NCBI GenBank assembly: GCA_017466405.1
Contig: JAFTUF010000041.1
Location: 10,119-74,118, forward strand
Direction: 5' to 3'
DNA: 64,000 bases
From: Bacteroidales bacterium
GTDB taxonomy: Bacteria > Bacteroidota > Bacteroidia > Bacteroidales > F082
Shown in pieces: positions 35,881 through 43,715 of the stretch. The position numbers and the translations under genes were made by a program. The notes under the pieces are model-generated. The model was given only the letters and a program-made list of their open reading frames with translations, searched no databases and was not told the origin of the DNA. The stretch's first letter is position 1. Every line of letters begins with the position of its first letter.

Positions 35881-36261
35881 ATGAAAACATTTCTCAAAAT
35901 ATTAGCATTCGCTATCTCTATCCCATTGTTTATTTCGGCAACTCCAATAGATTCACAAGATACTGAGACTTACACTATCTATAAAATTTATGAAAAGATT
36001 GAACTCGACAATGGTTCAAAAGTCATTGATAGTTGGGGCAATGTCGAAGATGCAAAAGCCGTTTTGGTTCCAACTGAAATAGACCGCGGAAGATATAGTA
36101 TCGAAATTACACGCATCAGCAGTAACTTGTATCAGATATGCGGAACATCGCTCTATATTGAAACAAAATACTGCTATGAATACGCTACGAGAGAAGAGGT
36201 GCTTTTAAACATCACATCTACTTTCGGATATGACCTCGGAGAAGTGATTTTCTTTGATTGA
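35881..36261 (+). CDS. small secreted protein, unknown function (operon gene 9)
   Basis: 126 aa with signal peptide MKTFLKILAFAISIPLFISA. No motif recognised. It lies 70 nt after gene 8. Confidence 0.55.
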   Translation: MKTFLKILAFAISIPLFISATPIDSQDTETYTIYKIYEKIELDNGSKVIDSWGNVEDAKAVLVPTEIDRGRYSIEITRISSNLYQICGTSLYIETKYCYEYATREEVLLNITSTFGYDLGEVIFFD

Positions 36262-36381
36262 AGTTCTAAAAAAAATATGATGGAATGGCACATTGCCAAA
36301 AAGTTATAATATCAATACATTTTTTCGAGAAAAATTATTTCAATGTGATTAAATTGCACGTAAATTCCGATTGTAACAAAC

Positions 36382-36418
36382 AAAAAAAGCACTAACATAT
36401 TCGTGTTATATTAGTGCT
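36382..36418 (-). terminator. intrinsic terminator of ssrA
   Basis: Minus strand reads aagcactaa ... ttagtgctt followed by ttttttt. Confidence 0.8.
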
Positions 36419-36443
36419 TATTCGTGGATAAAATCCATTAGGG

Positions 36444-36842
36444 GGTGGAGCTGGAGGGAGTCGAACCCTCGTCCAAACAAGGAACACCCATGCTTTCTAC
36501 ATGCTTATTTTGTTGTTGTTTTTCGAATCATGCAAGGAAACAAACACCCTAAACATAACCTTATCTCCTAAACTTCGCTATGCGGCCGGAGCTTCCGCAT
36601 CGCTATCCCGAAATTGATGAGCACCTCGTACCCGGACCGGAATCAGGAAAGTCCATCCGCGAGATGTCCCGTTCATCCACCTTGTGGACGAATTAAGCTT
36701 CAATCTACTGTGCTTCGATTAAGCAGCGAGAGCGTAGTTATTTTCGCCAATTAATTTTTCGCAGCCAAGATTTATGAGCTTCACTGCAAGGCTCAGCATG
36801 CTTACATGACCATTCTACAAGCTGTCAAAACCGGTCAACCCC
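36444..36842 (-). ncRNA. ssrA: tmRNA
   Basis: The reverse complement starts GGGGTTGACCGGTTTTGACAGC and ends GGACGAGGGTTCGACTCCCTCCAGCTCCACC. G3-U70 in the acceptor stem. Tag reading frame GGCGAAAATAACTACGCTCTCGCTGCTTAA encodes GENNYALAA*. Confidence 0.95.
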
Positions 36843-36864
36843 AGATTTCAATGAACAAATCTAT

Positions 36865-36895
36865 GTCAACGGACAACAGACAACTGTCAACAGAC
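36865..36895. repeat. CAGACAA-family heptamer array
   Basis: gtcaacggacaacagacaactgtcaacagac, just upstream of ssrA. Confidence 0.8.
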
Positions 36896-37141
36896 TTCGT
36901 CCATACAATACAACCCAATGACATTTTTGGAATTGCAAAGGTACACTTTTTTTGATTACCCTTGATATTTAACAAGTATTATTTTTTATTGTTTTATGAA
37001 CTTGTTCGTTGAATAGTTTTAACCACAGATTACACTGATTATCACTGATTCAATTTTTTATAACTGTCTACGAATTGACACAAATTGGCACGAATTACAT
37101 GTTACAGATTTGTGTTTCATTAGTGAGATTAGTGGTCAGAA

Positions 37142-38305
37142 CTAATTCATTAGCGGCTGCACATATTTCCTCACATCGTCTCCACCGATTTTGTTTCCGC
37201 ATAAAATTACAAGTCTTTCTATGACATTATGCAGTTCGCGGATGTTACCTGTCCAGCGATATTTTTGCAGTTCTTCTATCGCATCTTGTGTAAAGACAGG
37301 GACTTGTTTTCCCATCTCTGATGAAATATTCTCGACAAAATAATTTATCAACTCTGGAATGTCGTCCAACCTATCGCGTAACGGCGGCACATTGATAATT
37401 ATCACACTCAGACGATGATATAGGTCTTCCCTGAAGTTACCTTTCTGTATCTCTTCTTTGAGATTCTTATTCGTGGCAGCTATGATTCTCACATTGACAT
37501 TTATCTCGCTCTCTCCTCCTACCCTCGTTATCTTGTTTTCTTGTAATGCTCTCAACACCTTAGCCTGAGCCGAGAGACTCATATCGCCTATCTCATCTAA
37601 AAACAGAGTCCCGTTATTGGCGAGTTCAAAGTCGCCTTTTTTCATCTTAATCGCTGAAGTGAACGAGCCTTTCTCATGACCAAACAACTGACTTTCTATC
37701 AACTCCGATGGTATCGCAGCACAGTTAACTTCTATGAAAGGTGCGTAGGAACGATTGCTCATCTCATGAAGACGACGTGCAACGAGTTCTTTTCCAGTGC
37801 CATTCTCGCCTTCTATAAGAACTCTGGCATTCGTCGGCGCTACCTTATCTATAATATCTAGAACCTCATTCATCGCAGCAGAACTTCCAATCATCTCATA
37901 CTTGCGACTGACGACTTTCTTCAAGGCTTTCGTCTCCGACATAAGTTTTGATTTGTCGAGAGCATTACGCAAAGTAATGAGCATTCTGTTTAAATCCGGC
38001 GGTTTAGAAATATAATCGAAGGCACCTTTTTTTATTGCCTCAACGGCGGTCTCTATAGTGCCATGACCAGAAATCATTATTATCGGTGCTTCGCTAATCT
38101 TCTTTGCTTCCTCAAGAAACTCTATGCCGTCCATCTGAGGCATTTTGATGTCGCACAATATCGCATCATATTCATTTTCTTTTACTAAAGGAAGTGCTTC
38201 AATAGCAGATGAAGCGTCATCAACTTGATATTGTTCGTGTTCTAAAATCTCACGCAGTATGCGTCGGATAGCAGCTTCGTCGTCAATTACTAAAATCTTT
38301 GCCAT
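37142..38305 (-). CDS. sigma-54-dependent response regulator (REC + AAA+), apparently lacking a C-terminal HTH
   Basis: REC domain ILVIDDE...DIKMP. Walker A GENGTGKEL, GAFTGA-variant GSFTSA, and FREDLYHRL. The protein ends about 20 aa after the AAA+ module. ATG at 38305; the track start at 38311 is a TTG. Confidence 0.85.
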   Translation of the reverse strand: MAKILVIDDEAAIRRILREILEHEQYQVDDASSAIEALPLVKENEYDAILCDIKMPQMDGIEFLEEAKKISEAPIIMISGHGTIETAVEAIKKGAFDYISKPPDLNRMLITLRNALDKSKLMSETKALKKVVSRKYEMIGSSAAMNEVLDIIDKVAPTNARVLIEGENGTGKELVARRLHEMSNRSYAPFIEVNCAAIPSELIESQLFGHEKGSFTSAIKMKKGDFELANNGTLFLDEIGDMSLSAQAKVLRALQENKITRVGGESEINVNVRIIAATNKNLKEEIQKGNFREDLYHRLSVIIINVPPLRDRLDDIPELINYFVENISSEMGKQVPVFTQDAIEELQKYRWTGNIRELHNVIERLVILCGNKIGGDDVRKYVQPLMN

Positions 38306-38307
38306 AA

Positions 38308-38745
38308 TCAATATTTTGGAGTGAGACGCATTTTCTTTGACTTGTAATTAATAATAGCCTGATATTTCTTCATCAAGTCGCCGCCAAGGACACCGTCGAT
38401 AGGTGGAAGTTTTATCATAGCGTACGAATTGTTGATATTCGACAAATCCATTGCTACAGCCTGATAATTATTTATCTTTAAATCACCAAAACTTAATTCT
38501 TTTATGGTGAATATAAAACTTGAAATATCAGTTCCACCTATTCCAGCAGAGAGTCCTTCTTTCTCGGAAAACTCGGTATCATCAGCAAACGTCAATATTC
38601 TTTCTTTGTCGAAGACAGTCCTCGAAGCTCCGGTATCTACGACAAAACGAGCTTTCTTATTATTTATCAGACCTTCCGCAACGAGATGAAATCCATCACC
38701 CTCGATGTTTATAATATTAATAGGTATTTCTATGTAGCGACGCAT
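38308..38745 (-). CDS. retropepsin-like (clan AA) aspartic protease
   Basis: FVVDTGASRTVF (D-T-G-A) and GVLGGDLM. ATG at 38745; the track start is a TTG. Confidence 0.75.
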   Translation of the reverse strand: MRRYIEIPINIINIEGDGFHLVAEGLINNKKARFVVDTGASRTVFDKERILTFADDTEFSEKEGLSAGIGGTDISSFIFTIKELSFGDLKINNYQAVAMDLSNINNSYAMIKLPPIDGVLGGDLMKKYQAIINYKSKKMRLTPKY

Positions 38746-38748
38746 AAA

Positions 38749-38782
38749 CAATTTACAATTGACAGTTTACAATTAACAATTA
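38749..38782. repeat. TTGACAA-family heptamer array
   Basis: caatttacaattgacagtttacaattaacaatt. Confidence 0.75.
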
Positions 38783-38801
38783 AATAAATCAGAATCTATC
38801 T

Positions 38802-38857
38802 GAGACGTATCAATTACATATTGTTTATAATTAATGGTGTAATTGGTGCGTCTCTAC
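38802..38857 (-). repeat. REP-like hairpin element GAGACG...CGTCTCTAC
   Basis: gagacgtatcaattaca ... tgtaattggtgcgtctctac. Confidence 0.85.
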
Positions 38858-38861
38858 CTAA

Positions 38862-39569
38862 TTAAAAGTTCGGTTTCAAGGCATATTTATGATAGAACTC
38901 TTCTATTATCGCGACGGCTTCTTCCACAGTGTCAACGACATGGAAAATATCAAAATCGCTTTCGCTTACCATTCCTTCTTCGAGCAGGGTGTTTTTAAAC
39001 CAGTCGTTGATAGGTTGCCAATATTCCTTTCCGACCATGATAATAGGGAAAGATACGAGTTTGTGAGTCTGTATCAACGTTATAGCTTCGAAGAGTTCGT
39101 CCAATGTACCGAAGCCTCCAGGGAACGCGATGAATCCTTGGGCGTAGCGCATAAACATAGTCTTTCTTACATAGAAGAAGTCGAAGTTGATGCTTTTATC
39201 GGCGTCGATGAAGTCGTTAGGACGTTGTTCATGAGGAAGGACAATGTTGAGACCTACGCTTTTTCCGCCTCCAAAGTGAGCTCCTTTATTACCGGCTTCC
39301 ATAATTCCAGGACCGCCGCCGGTGATGATACCGAAGCCTTTTTTCACCAAGAGGTATGCGGTCTCTTCTGCCATCTTATAATATTTATTGTCTGGTTTTG
39401 TACGTGCCGAACCAAATATCGCCACGCAAGGTCCTATCTTAGAGAGAGTTTCATAACCAGTGACAAATTCTGACATTATTTTAAACACTGACCATGAGTC
39501 TTGCGACTTGATTTCTGTCCAGTTCTTTTCTTCAAAAGCTTCTCTTATTTTAGATTCGTCGATGTTCAT
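38862..39569 (-). CDS. LOG/TIGR00730-family Rossmann protein (nucleotide 5'-monophosphate nucleosidase-like)
   Basis: GGGPGIMEA and PGGFGTLDEL motifs. Confidence 0.88.
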   Translation of the reverse strand: MNIDESKIREAFEEKNWTEIKSQDSWSVFKIMSEFVTGYETLSKIGPCVAIFGSARTKPDNKYYKMAEETAYLLVKKGFGIITGGGPGIMEAGNKGAHFGGGKSVGLNIVLPHEQRPNDFIDADKSINFDFFYVRKTMFMRYAQGFIAFPGGFGTLDELFEAITLIQTHKLVSFPIIMVGKEYWQPINDWFKNTLLEEGMVSESDFDIFHVVDTVEEAVAIIEEFYHKYALKPNF

Positions 39570-39637
39570 TGCATACGATTTTAATGTAATTTACAAAGAT
39601 AACAATTTATCACGAAAAATATTACAAGAAAACAGAA

Positions 39638-40075
39638 TTAAAATTGTTTTATGGCACGACATTCCTTCGCATTATAAACAGCAATGCTAAGATAAGAATT
39701 ATAATCTTTAGTGTTTTGAGTAAAAAAGGCCCCACATTTTAATTTGTTTGCGAGAACATATTGAATATTATCCTCCATATCATCTTCTTCCATAAGCATC
39801 GATCTGTTGATATCATCTTTGGTAAAATCAATAATATCAACCTTAGCAAGGATATTACCTACATAATCTTTTATCTGATTCTTGTTTATTTTATGATGCT
39901 GAAAAATAGATACAAATTGAGCAATACTCAAAGAAGAGACATAAATCTTTTTACCAATTAATGATGTAAGATAATTCCAGCATCTTCTTTCATCTTCATA
40001 CTTTTTATCATTCGAGTATGCTCCTACTAGTATATTGGTATCAATAAAAATATGGTTTTGGTTCGATTTCATCAT
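39638..40075 (-). CDS. PIN-domain protein (VapC-like toxin)
   Basis: 145 aa. N-terminal IFIDTNILV with the acidic Asp, and later acidic residues (MEEDDMEDN). ATGA overlap with the upstream small ORF. Confidence 0.7.
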   Translation of the reverse strand: MMKSNQNHIFIDTNILVGAYSNDKKYEDERRCWNYLTSLIGKKIYVSSLSIAQFVSIFQHHKINKNQIKDYVGNILAKVDIIDFTKDDINRSMLMEEDDMEDNIQYVLANKLKCGAFFTQNTKDYNSYLSIAVYNAKECRAIKQF

Positions 40076-40242
40076 AATATTATACTTCTATACCTCTCTA
40101 ATTCCTGTTCATTAAAAAGTTCCATATAATTCCAAGCCCATACCTTCAAAGCCAAATCTGTAACACGTTCTTTCTTCAACTCAGCTTTCTGAAGAAGAAG
40201 ATTTATCATCTCCTCCTGTAATTTCTTTTCTTGTGTGCTCAT
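40072..40242 (-). CDS. small protein (56 aa), putative antitoxin partner of the PIN protein
   Basis: Hand-translated as MSTQEKKLQEEMINLLLQKAELKKERVTDLALKVWAWNYMELFNEQELERYRSIIL*. ATGA overlaps at both ends. Below the track cut-off. Confidence 0.55.
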   Translation of the reverse strand: MSTQEKKLQEEMINLLLQKAELKKERVTDLALKVWAWNYMELFNEQELERYRSIIL

Positions 40243-40454
40243 GACCATTCCTCCTTATGCGCGTTATTGTAGTCTATTATCGGTTTGAAATATTCATATT
40301 CTTCTTCAGTGAGAAGATCTAAATTGTTCATCGACCATCTTATTAAAGCTCGATTAATAACATCTGATTTTTTTGTGCCTGTTTTCTTGAGTAGCACCTC
40401 TATAGCCTCATCGACTAACTCTTTCGATTTTTTAATTTCTTCTTTAGTTGCCAT
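40239..40454 (-). CDS. small protein (71 aa), paralog of the 56-aa ORF
   Basis: From ATG at 40454: MATKEEIKKSKELVDEAIEVLLKKTGTKKSDVINRALIRWSMNNLDLLTEEEYEYFKPII... It shares the pattern (V)xxxAL..W....(L)..E.E.E.(Y/F)..II with the 56-aa ORF. Confidence 0.55.
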   Translation of the reverse strand: MATKEEIKKSKELVDEAIEVLLKKTGTKKSDVINRALIRWSMNNLDLLTEEEYEYFKPIIDYNNAHKEEWS

Positions 40455-40621
40455 AAATTTAATTTTTGCCTTGTGTTGCAAATGTAAACATAATAAATCA
40501 TTTACGAAACATATAACAATAATATTTTTGCAACAAATTTGATTTTTCTAAATTATTACAGAAATATGATGTTTTTGTCTTAAAATTAATTAACAATTAG
40601 CACCAAACAAAAAAAGGAGCG

Positions 40622-41707
40622 TCAAGCTCCTTTCTCCTTAATCATAACATCGATGGCCCCGACGCCGAATTTCATTATCGATGCCATTCTGTTGCTTGTA
40701 TTATCATAATGTTTCAACTCCTCGATGATGGCGTTCTTCAAAACTCCGTTGCCTACACCGTGAATGAATGTCACCTTGTCGTATTCATTGGCGATGGCAC
40801 TTTCCAACATCTTCTTGAAATAATTTATCTGTGTCCTGAAAATATCGTTGCTCGACATTCCGAGAATATTATCCACCAGCTCTCCGATATGAAGATCCAC
40901 TATTGCCTCACCTGGCGCTGTCTGATGGCGGTCGATGGCTGTTTTCTCTTTAACGAGTTTCTGATTAGCAACGACTTTCTTATTATCTTCTTTCATCAAT
41001 TTTGTAAAATCGACATCCGTTCCTTTAAGAGCGATGACACTCGACAATTTTATCATCACGGCTTTCTCGCCAAGAACACCCGACTCGACATAGCTGCCGT
41101 CTTTAAAGAAACGACTACTTCTCAAAGAAAAAGGCGCATGCAAAGGATGATATACAAAGTCGGCTTCTTCTTGAGTGAGAAGAACCTGGATATAACCTTC
41201 GCACCAATATTCGATATCATCGCGGGAGATTGACTCTATCACGACCTTAGAATGAGGAGCGACGCTGCCATAATCGACGTTGATATATTTCTCTTCTTCC
41301 TTGATATTGAAGCTATATAAAGTATCTGCCTCAGTATGATTTATGAGAACCACGTCGAGCAGACCTGTCAGAAGCCACTGCTGATCTTGAGGCACGAAGG
41401 CAAGATATAATCCTTCTTCTTCGGCATTACGTCCAAAACGACGCAAAGTGCTCTTACGCGCAGCTTCGTTTTCTTTTTCTTCAATAATCTGTTTCTGCTG
41501 TATCTCTTTCTGAACATTGTCAACGACTTGCTGTCTTCTGTCAGGTTGTGAACGGAAATCCAAGACCAAGTCGCTCATCAAAACAGGAATATCAAAACCA
41601 TCTTCTATCGTCACCTCTACCATTCTGGTATCAATAATTTTCTTCACCACGCCACCGCCTGTAGCGTTAAGAAAATTCACTTTATCACCTACTTGAAACT
41701 TTTCCAT
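40622..41707 (-). CDS. Smr-domain protein (DUF2027-like N-terminus)
   Basis: 361 aa. The C-terminal DLHIGELV...FIHGVGNGVLKNAIIEELK is an Smr domain pattern. Confidence 0.75.
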   Translation of the reverse strand: MEKFQVGDKVNFLNATGGGVVKKIIDTRMVEVTIEDGFDIPVLMSDLVLDFRSQPDRRQQVVDNVQKEIQQKQIIEEKENEAARKSTLRRFGRNAEEEGLYLAFVPQDQQWLLTGLLDVVLINHTEADTLYSFNIKEEEKYINVDYGSVAPHSKVVIESISRDDIEYWCEGYIQVLLTQEEADFVYHPLHAPFSLRSSRFFKDGSYVESGVLGEKAVMIKLSSVIALKGTDVDFTKLMKEDNKKVVANQKLVKEKTAIDRHQTAPGEAIVDLHIGELVDNILGMSSNDIFRTQINYFKKMLESAIANEYDKVTFIHGVGNGVLKNAIIEELKHYDNTSNRMASIMKFGVGAIDVMIKEKGA

Positions 41708-41740
41708 TGTTTTAAAATTTATATTGCAAAGATAAGAAAA

Positions 41741-41764
41741 GTCTAAAGTCGAAAGATGAAAGAC
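41741..41764. repeat. GTCTAAA-family heptamer array
   Basis: gtctaaagtcgaaagatgaaagac. Confidence 0.7.
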
Positions 41765-41863
41765 AAAAGATTTTTAGGGAATACATCTAAAAAAATTCTT
41801 TCATATTTTCAGTTTATTCATAGTGGTTTTTATTAACTTTGCGAAACAATTTAAATTGAGGAT

Positions 41864-42643
41864 ATGACGAAGGAAATATTTATAGATTTGTTAAGGAATG
41901 CTGTTGTCAATGAATTTGAAAAACACATAAGTACTGATAATGGAGAATGGATTGTAAAAGGTTTTATAGACATATACAAAAACATCTACACGATTTCATC
42001 TGACACCAAAGTAATCTCCAAAATCATTGAGCTCTATATCTTTCCTAAGATCTTGGAATTTGCAAATAAAAACAATTTAGAAATTGAATTAACCAAAGAA
42101 CAGAATTTTTATCCTGACATAACATTTAAAGATAACGAAGGAAACCTTTTCGCTGTTGATTTGAAAAGCAGTTACAGAAAAAACGAAAGTCACATCAACG
42201 GCATGACATTGGGCGCATTCACTGGATATTTTCGCGACAGAAATAGTTTAAAAAACATAACTCACCCCTACAACGATTATAAAGCTCATATCGTCCTTGG
42301 CGTCATTTACGATTCTGTATTGGATATAGATGAAAGGAAATCTTATTCTATAGAACAATTATCAGATATAACTTCTGTGATTAGAAATTTTCAGTTTTTT
42401 GTTCAAGAAAAATGGAAAATTGCTACGGACAGACCAGGCAGTGGCAACACGAAAAATATAGGTTCTGTCAGTAACATCAATGATTTGATAAACGGCAAAG
42501 GTGTATTCGCAGAGTTGGGAGAAGACATTTTTAATGATTATTGGATGTACTATTTAACCACGGATATGGCAAAAATGGCTGAACTTCCCAAACCATTCTA
42601 CAGAAACATTACCGAATATAAGCAATTCAAAAACATAGAATAA
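41864..42643 (+). CDS. EcoRV-family type II restriction endonuclease
   Basis: 259 aa. SSDTKVISKIIELY, EQNFYPDITF...FAVDLKSSY (PD...D-x-K) and FVQEKWKIATDRPGSGNTKNIGS align closely with my recollection of EcoRV (GSDTKVLSTIFELF; QQNHYPDFTL...IAIDIKTTY; FLQDKWVIAGDLAGSGNTTNIGS). Confidence 0.85.
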   Translation: MTKEIFIDLLRNAVVNEFEKHISTDNGEWIVKGFIDIYKNIYTISSDTKVISKIIELYIFPKILEFANKNNLEIELTKEQNFYPDITFKDNEGNLFAVDLKSSYRKNESHINGMTLGAFTGYFRDRNSLKNITHPYNDYKAHIVLGVIYDSVLDIDERKSYSIEQLSDITSVIRNFQFFVQEKWKIATDRPGSGNTKNIGSVSNINDLINGKGVFAELGEDIFNDYWMYYLTTDMAKMAELPKPFYRNITEYKQFKNIE

Positions 42644-43711
42644 ATGGATTCCCAACTTTCATTGTTTGCAGAAGTTATTCCAACTAAAGCTAAGTTTCCC
42701 TCCACACGATATCAGGGCAGCAAACTGAAATTCGTCGACTGGATTTGGCAATGTATAAAAGATATTCCTTTTTATACGATGTTAGATGCCTTTGGAGGAA
42801 CCGGATGTATTTCCTTTAAAATGAAAGAAGAAGGGAAAAAAGTAACCTACAACGACATTCTTCCTTTTAACCATATTATCGGGAAAGCCTTAATCGAAAA
42901 CAATAGTACGTTGTTATCAGATTATGATATCGAAAACATTTTAAGAATTCATAAGGATATATCATATCCTGACTTTATCGAAAAAACTTTCAAAGACATT
43001 TACTATACTGACGAAGAGAACCATTGGCTTGACATTGTGACAACCAATATTAAGTTTATGGACGATGAATACAAACAGGCAATAGCCTATTTCGCACTGT
43101 TTCAATCATGTATTATAAAACGACCATATAATTTATTTCACAGAAAGAATTTATATGTTCGGATGCAAGATGTAAAAAGAAGCTTTGGCAATAAAAAGAC
43201 ATGGGACACTCCATTTGAAACGCATTTCCGTAAATTTGTTCAAGAAGCAAATTCAGCTGTTTTCAGCAACAATGGGTCATGTGTTTCGATAAATCAGAAT
43301 GTATTCGACATCAATCAGAAGTTCGATTTGATTTATATTGACACACCATATATCAATAGCGACGGAATTGGAATCGATTATGCTGACTTTTATCATTTTT
43401 TAGACGGACTTACAAACTACGACACATGGAGCTCTCAGATTGATTATAGCAGCAAACATCTACGATTAAAGAGAACCCCCAATGATTGGAATAATTCTGA
43501 AACTATTTACAATGCTTTTGAAAATTTATTCGGTAAATTTTCAGATTCCATCTTGGTTATCTCTTATCGTTCAAATGGAATCCCGACAATTGAAGAACTT
43601 ACTGATATGTTAAAGAAAAACGGAAAAGACGTTAAAATTTATCAAAGTTCCGAAATAAAATACGTATTAAGCAACAAACAATCTAATGAAGTTTTAATTG
43701 TAGCTCAGTAA
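42644..43711 (+). CDS. Dam-class (D12) N6-adenine DNA methyltransferase
   Basis: N-terminal RYQGSKLKFVDWI, SAM motif DAFGGTGC, catalytic IYIDTPY (DPPY variant). The ATG directly follows the endonuclease TAA. Confidence 0.88.
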   Translation: MDSQLSLFAEVIPTKAKFPSTRYQGSKLKFVDWIWQCIKDIPFYTMLDAFGGTGCISFKMKEEGKKVTYNDILPFNHIIGKALIENNSTLLSDYDIENILRIHKDISYPDFIEKTFKDIYYTDEENHWLDIVTTNIKFMDDEYKQAIAYFALFQSCIIKRPYNLFHRKNLYVRMQDVKRSFGNKKTWDTPFETHFRKFVQEANSAVFSNNGSCVSINQNVFDINQKFDLIYIDTPYINSDGIGIDYADFYHFLDGLTNYDTWSSQIDYSSKHLRLKRTPNDWNNSETIYNAFENLFGKFSDSILVISYRSNGIPTIEELTDMLKKNGKDVKIYQSSEIKYVLSNKQSNEVLIVAQ

Positions 43712-43715
43712 TCCT

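Noticed and set aside
38889-39473. 194-aa plus-strand ORF
   Set aside because: It is antisense to the LOG-family gene (GGGPGIMEA, PGGFGTLDE), and its product has no recognisable features.
40709-41233. 174-aa plus-strand ORF
   Set aside because: It is antisense to the Smr-domain gene and is a shadow ORF.
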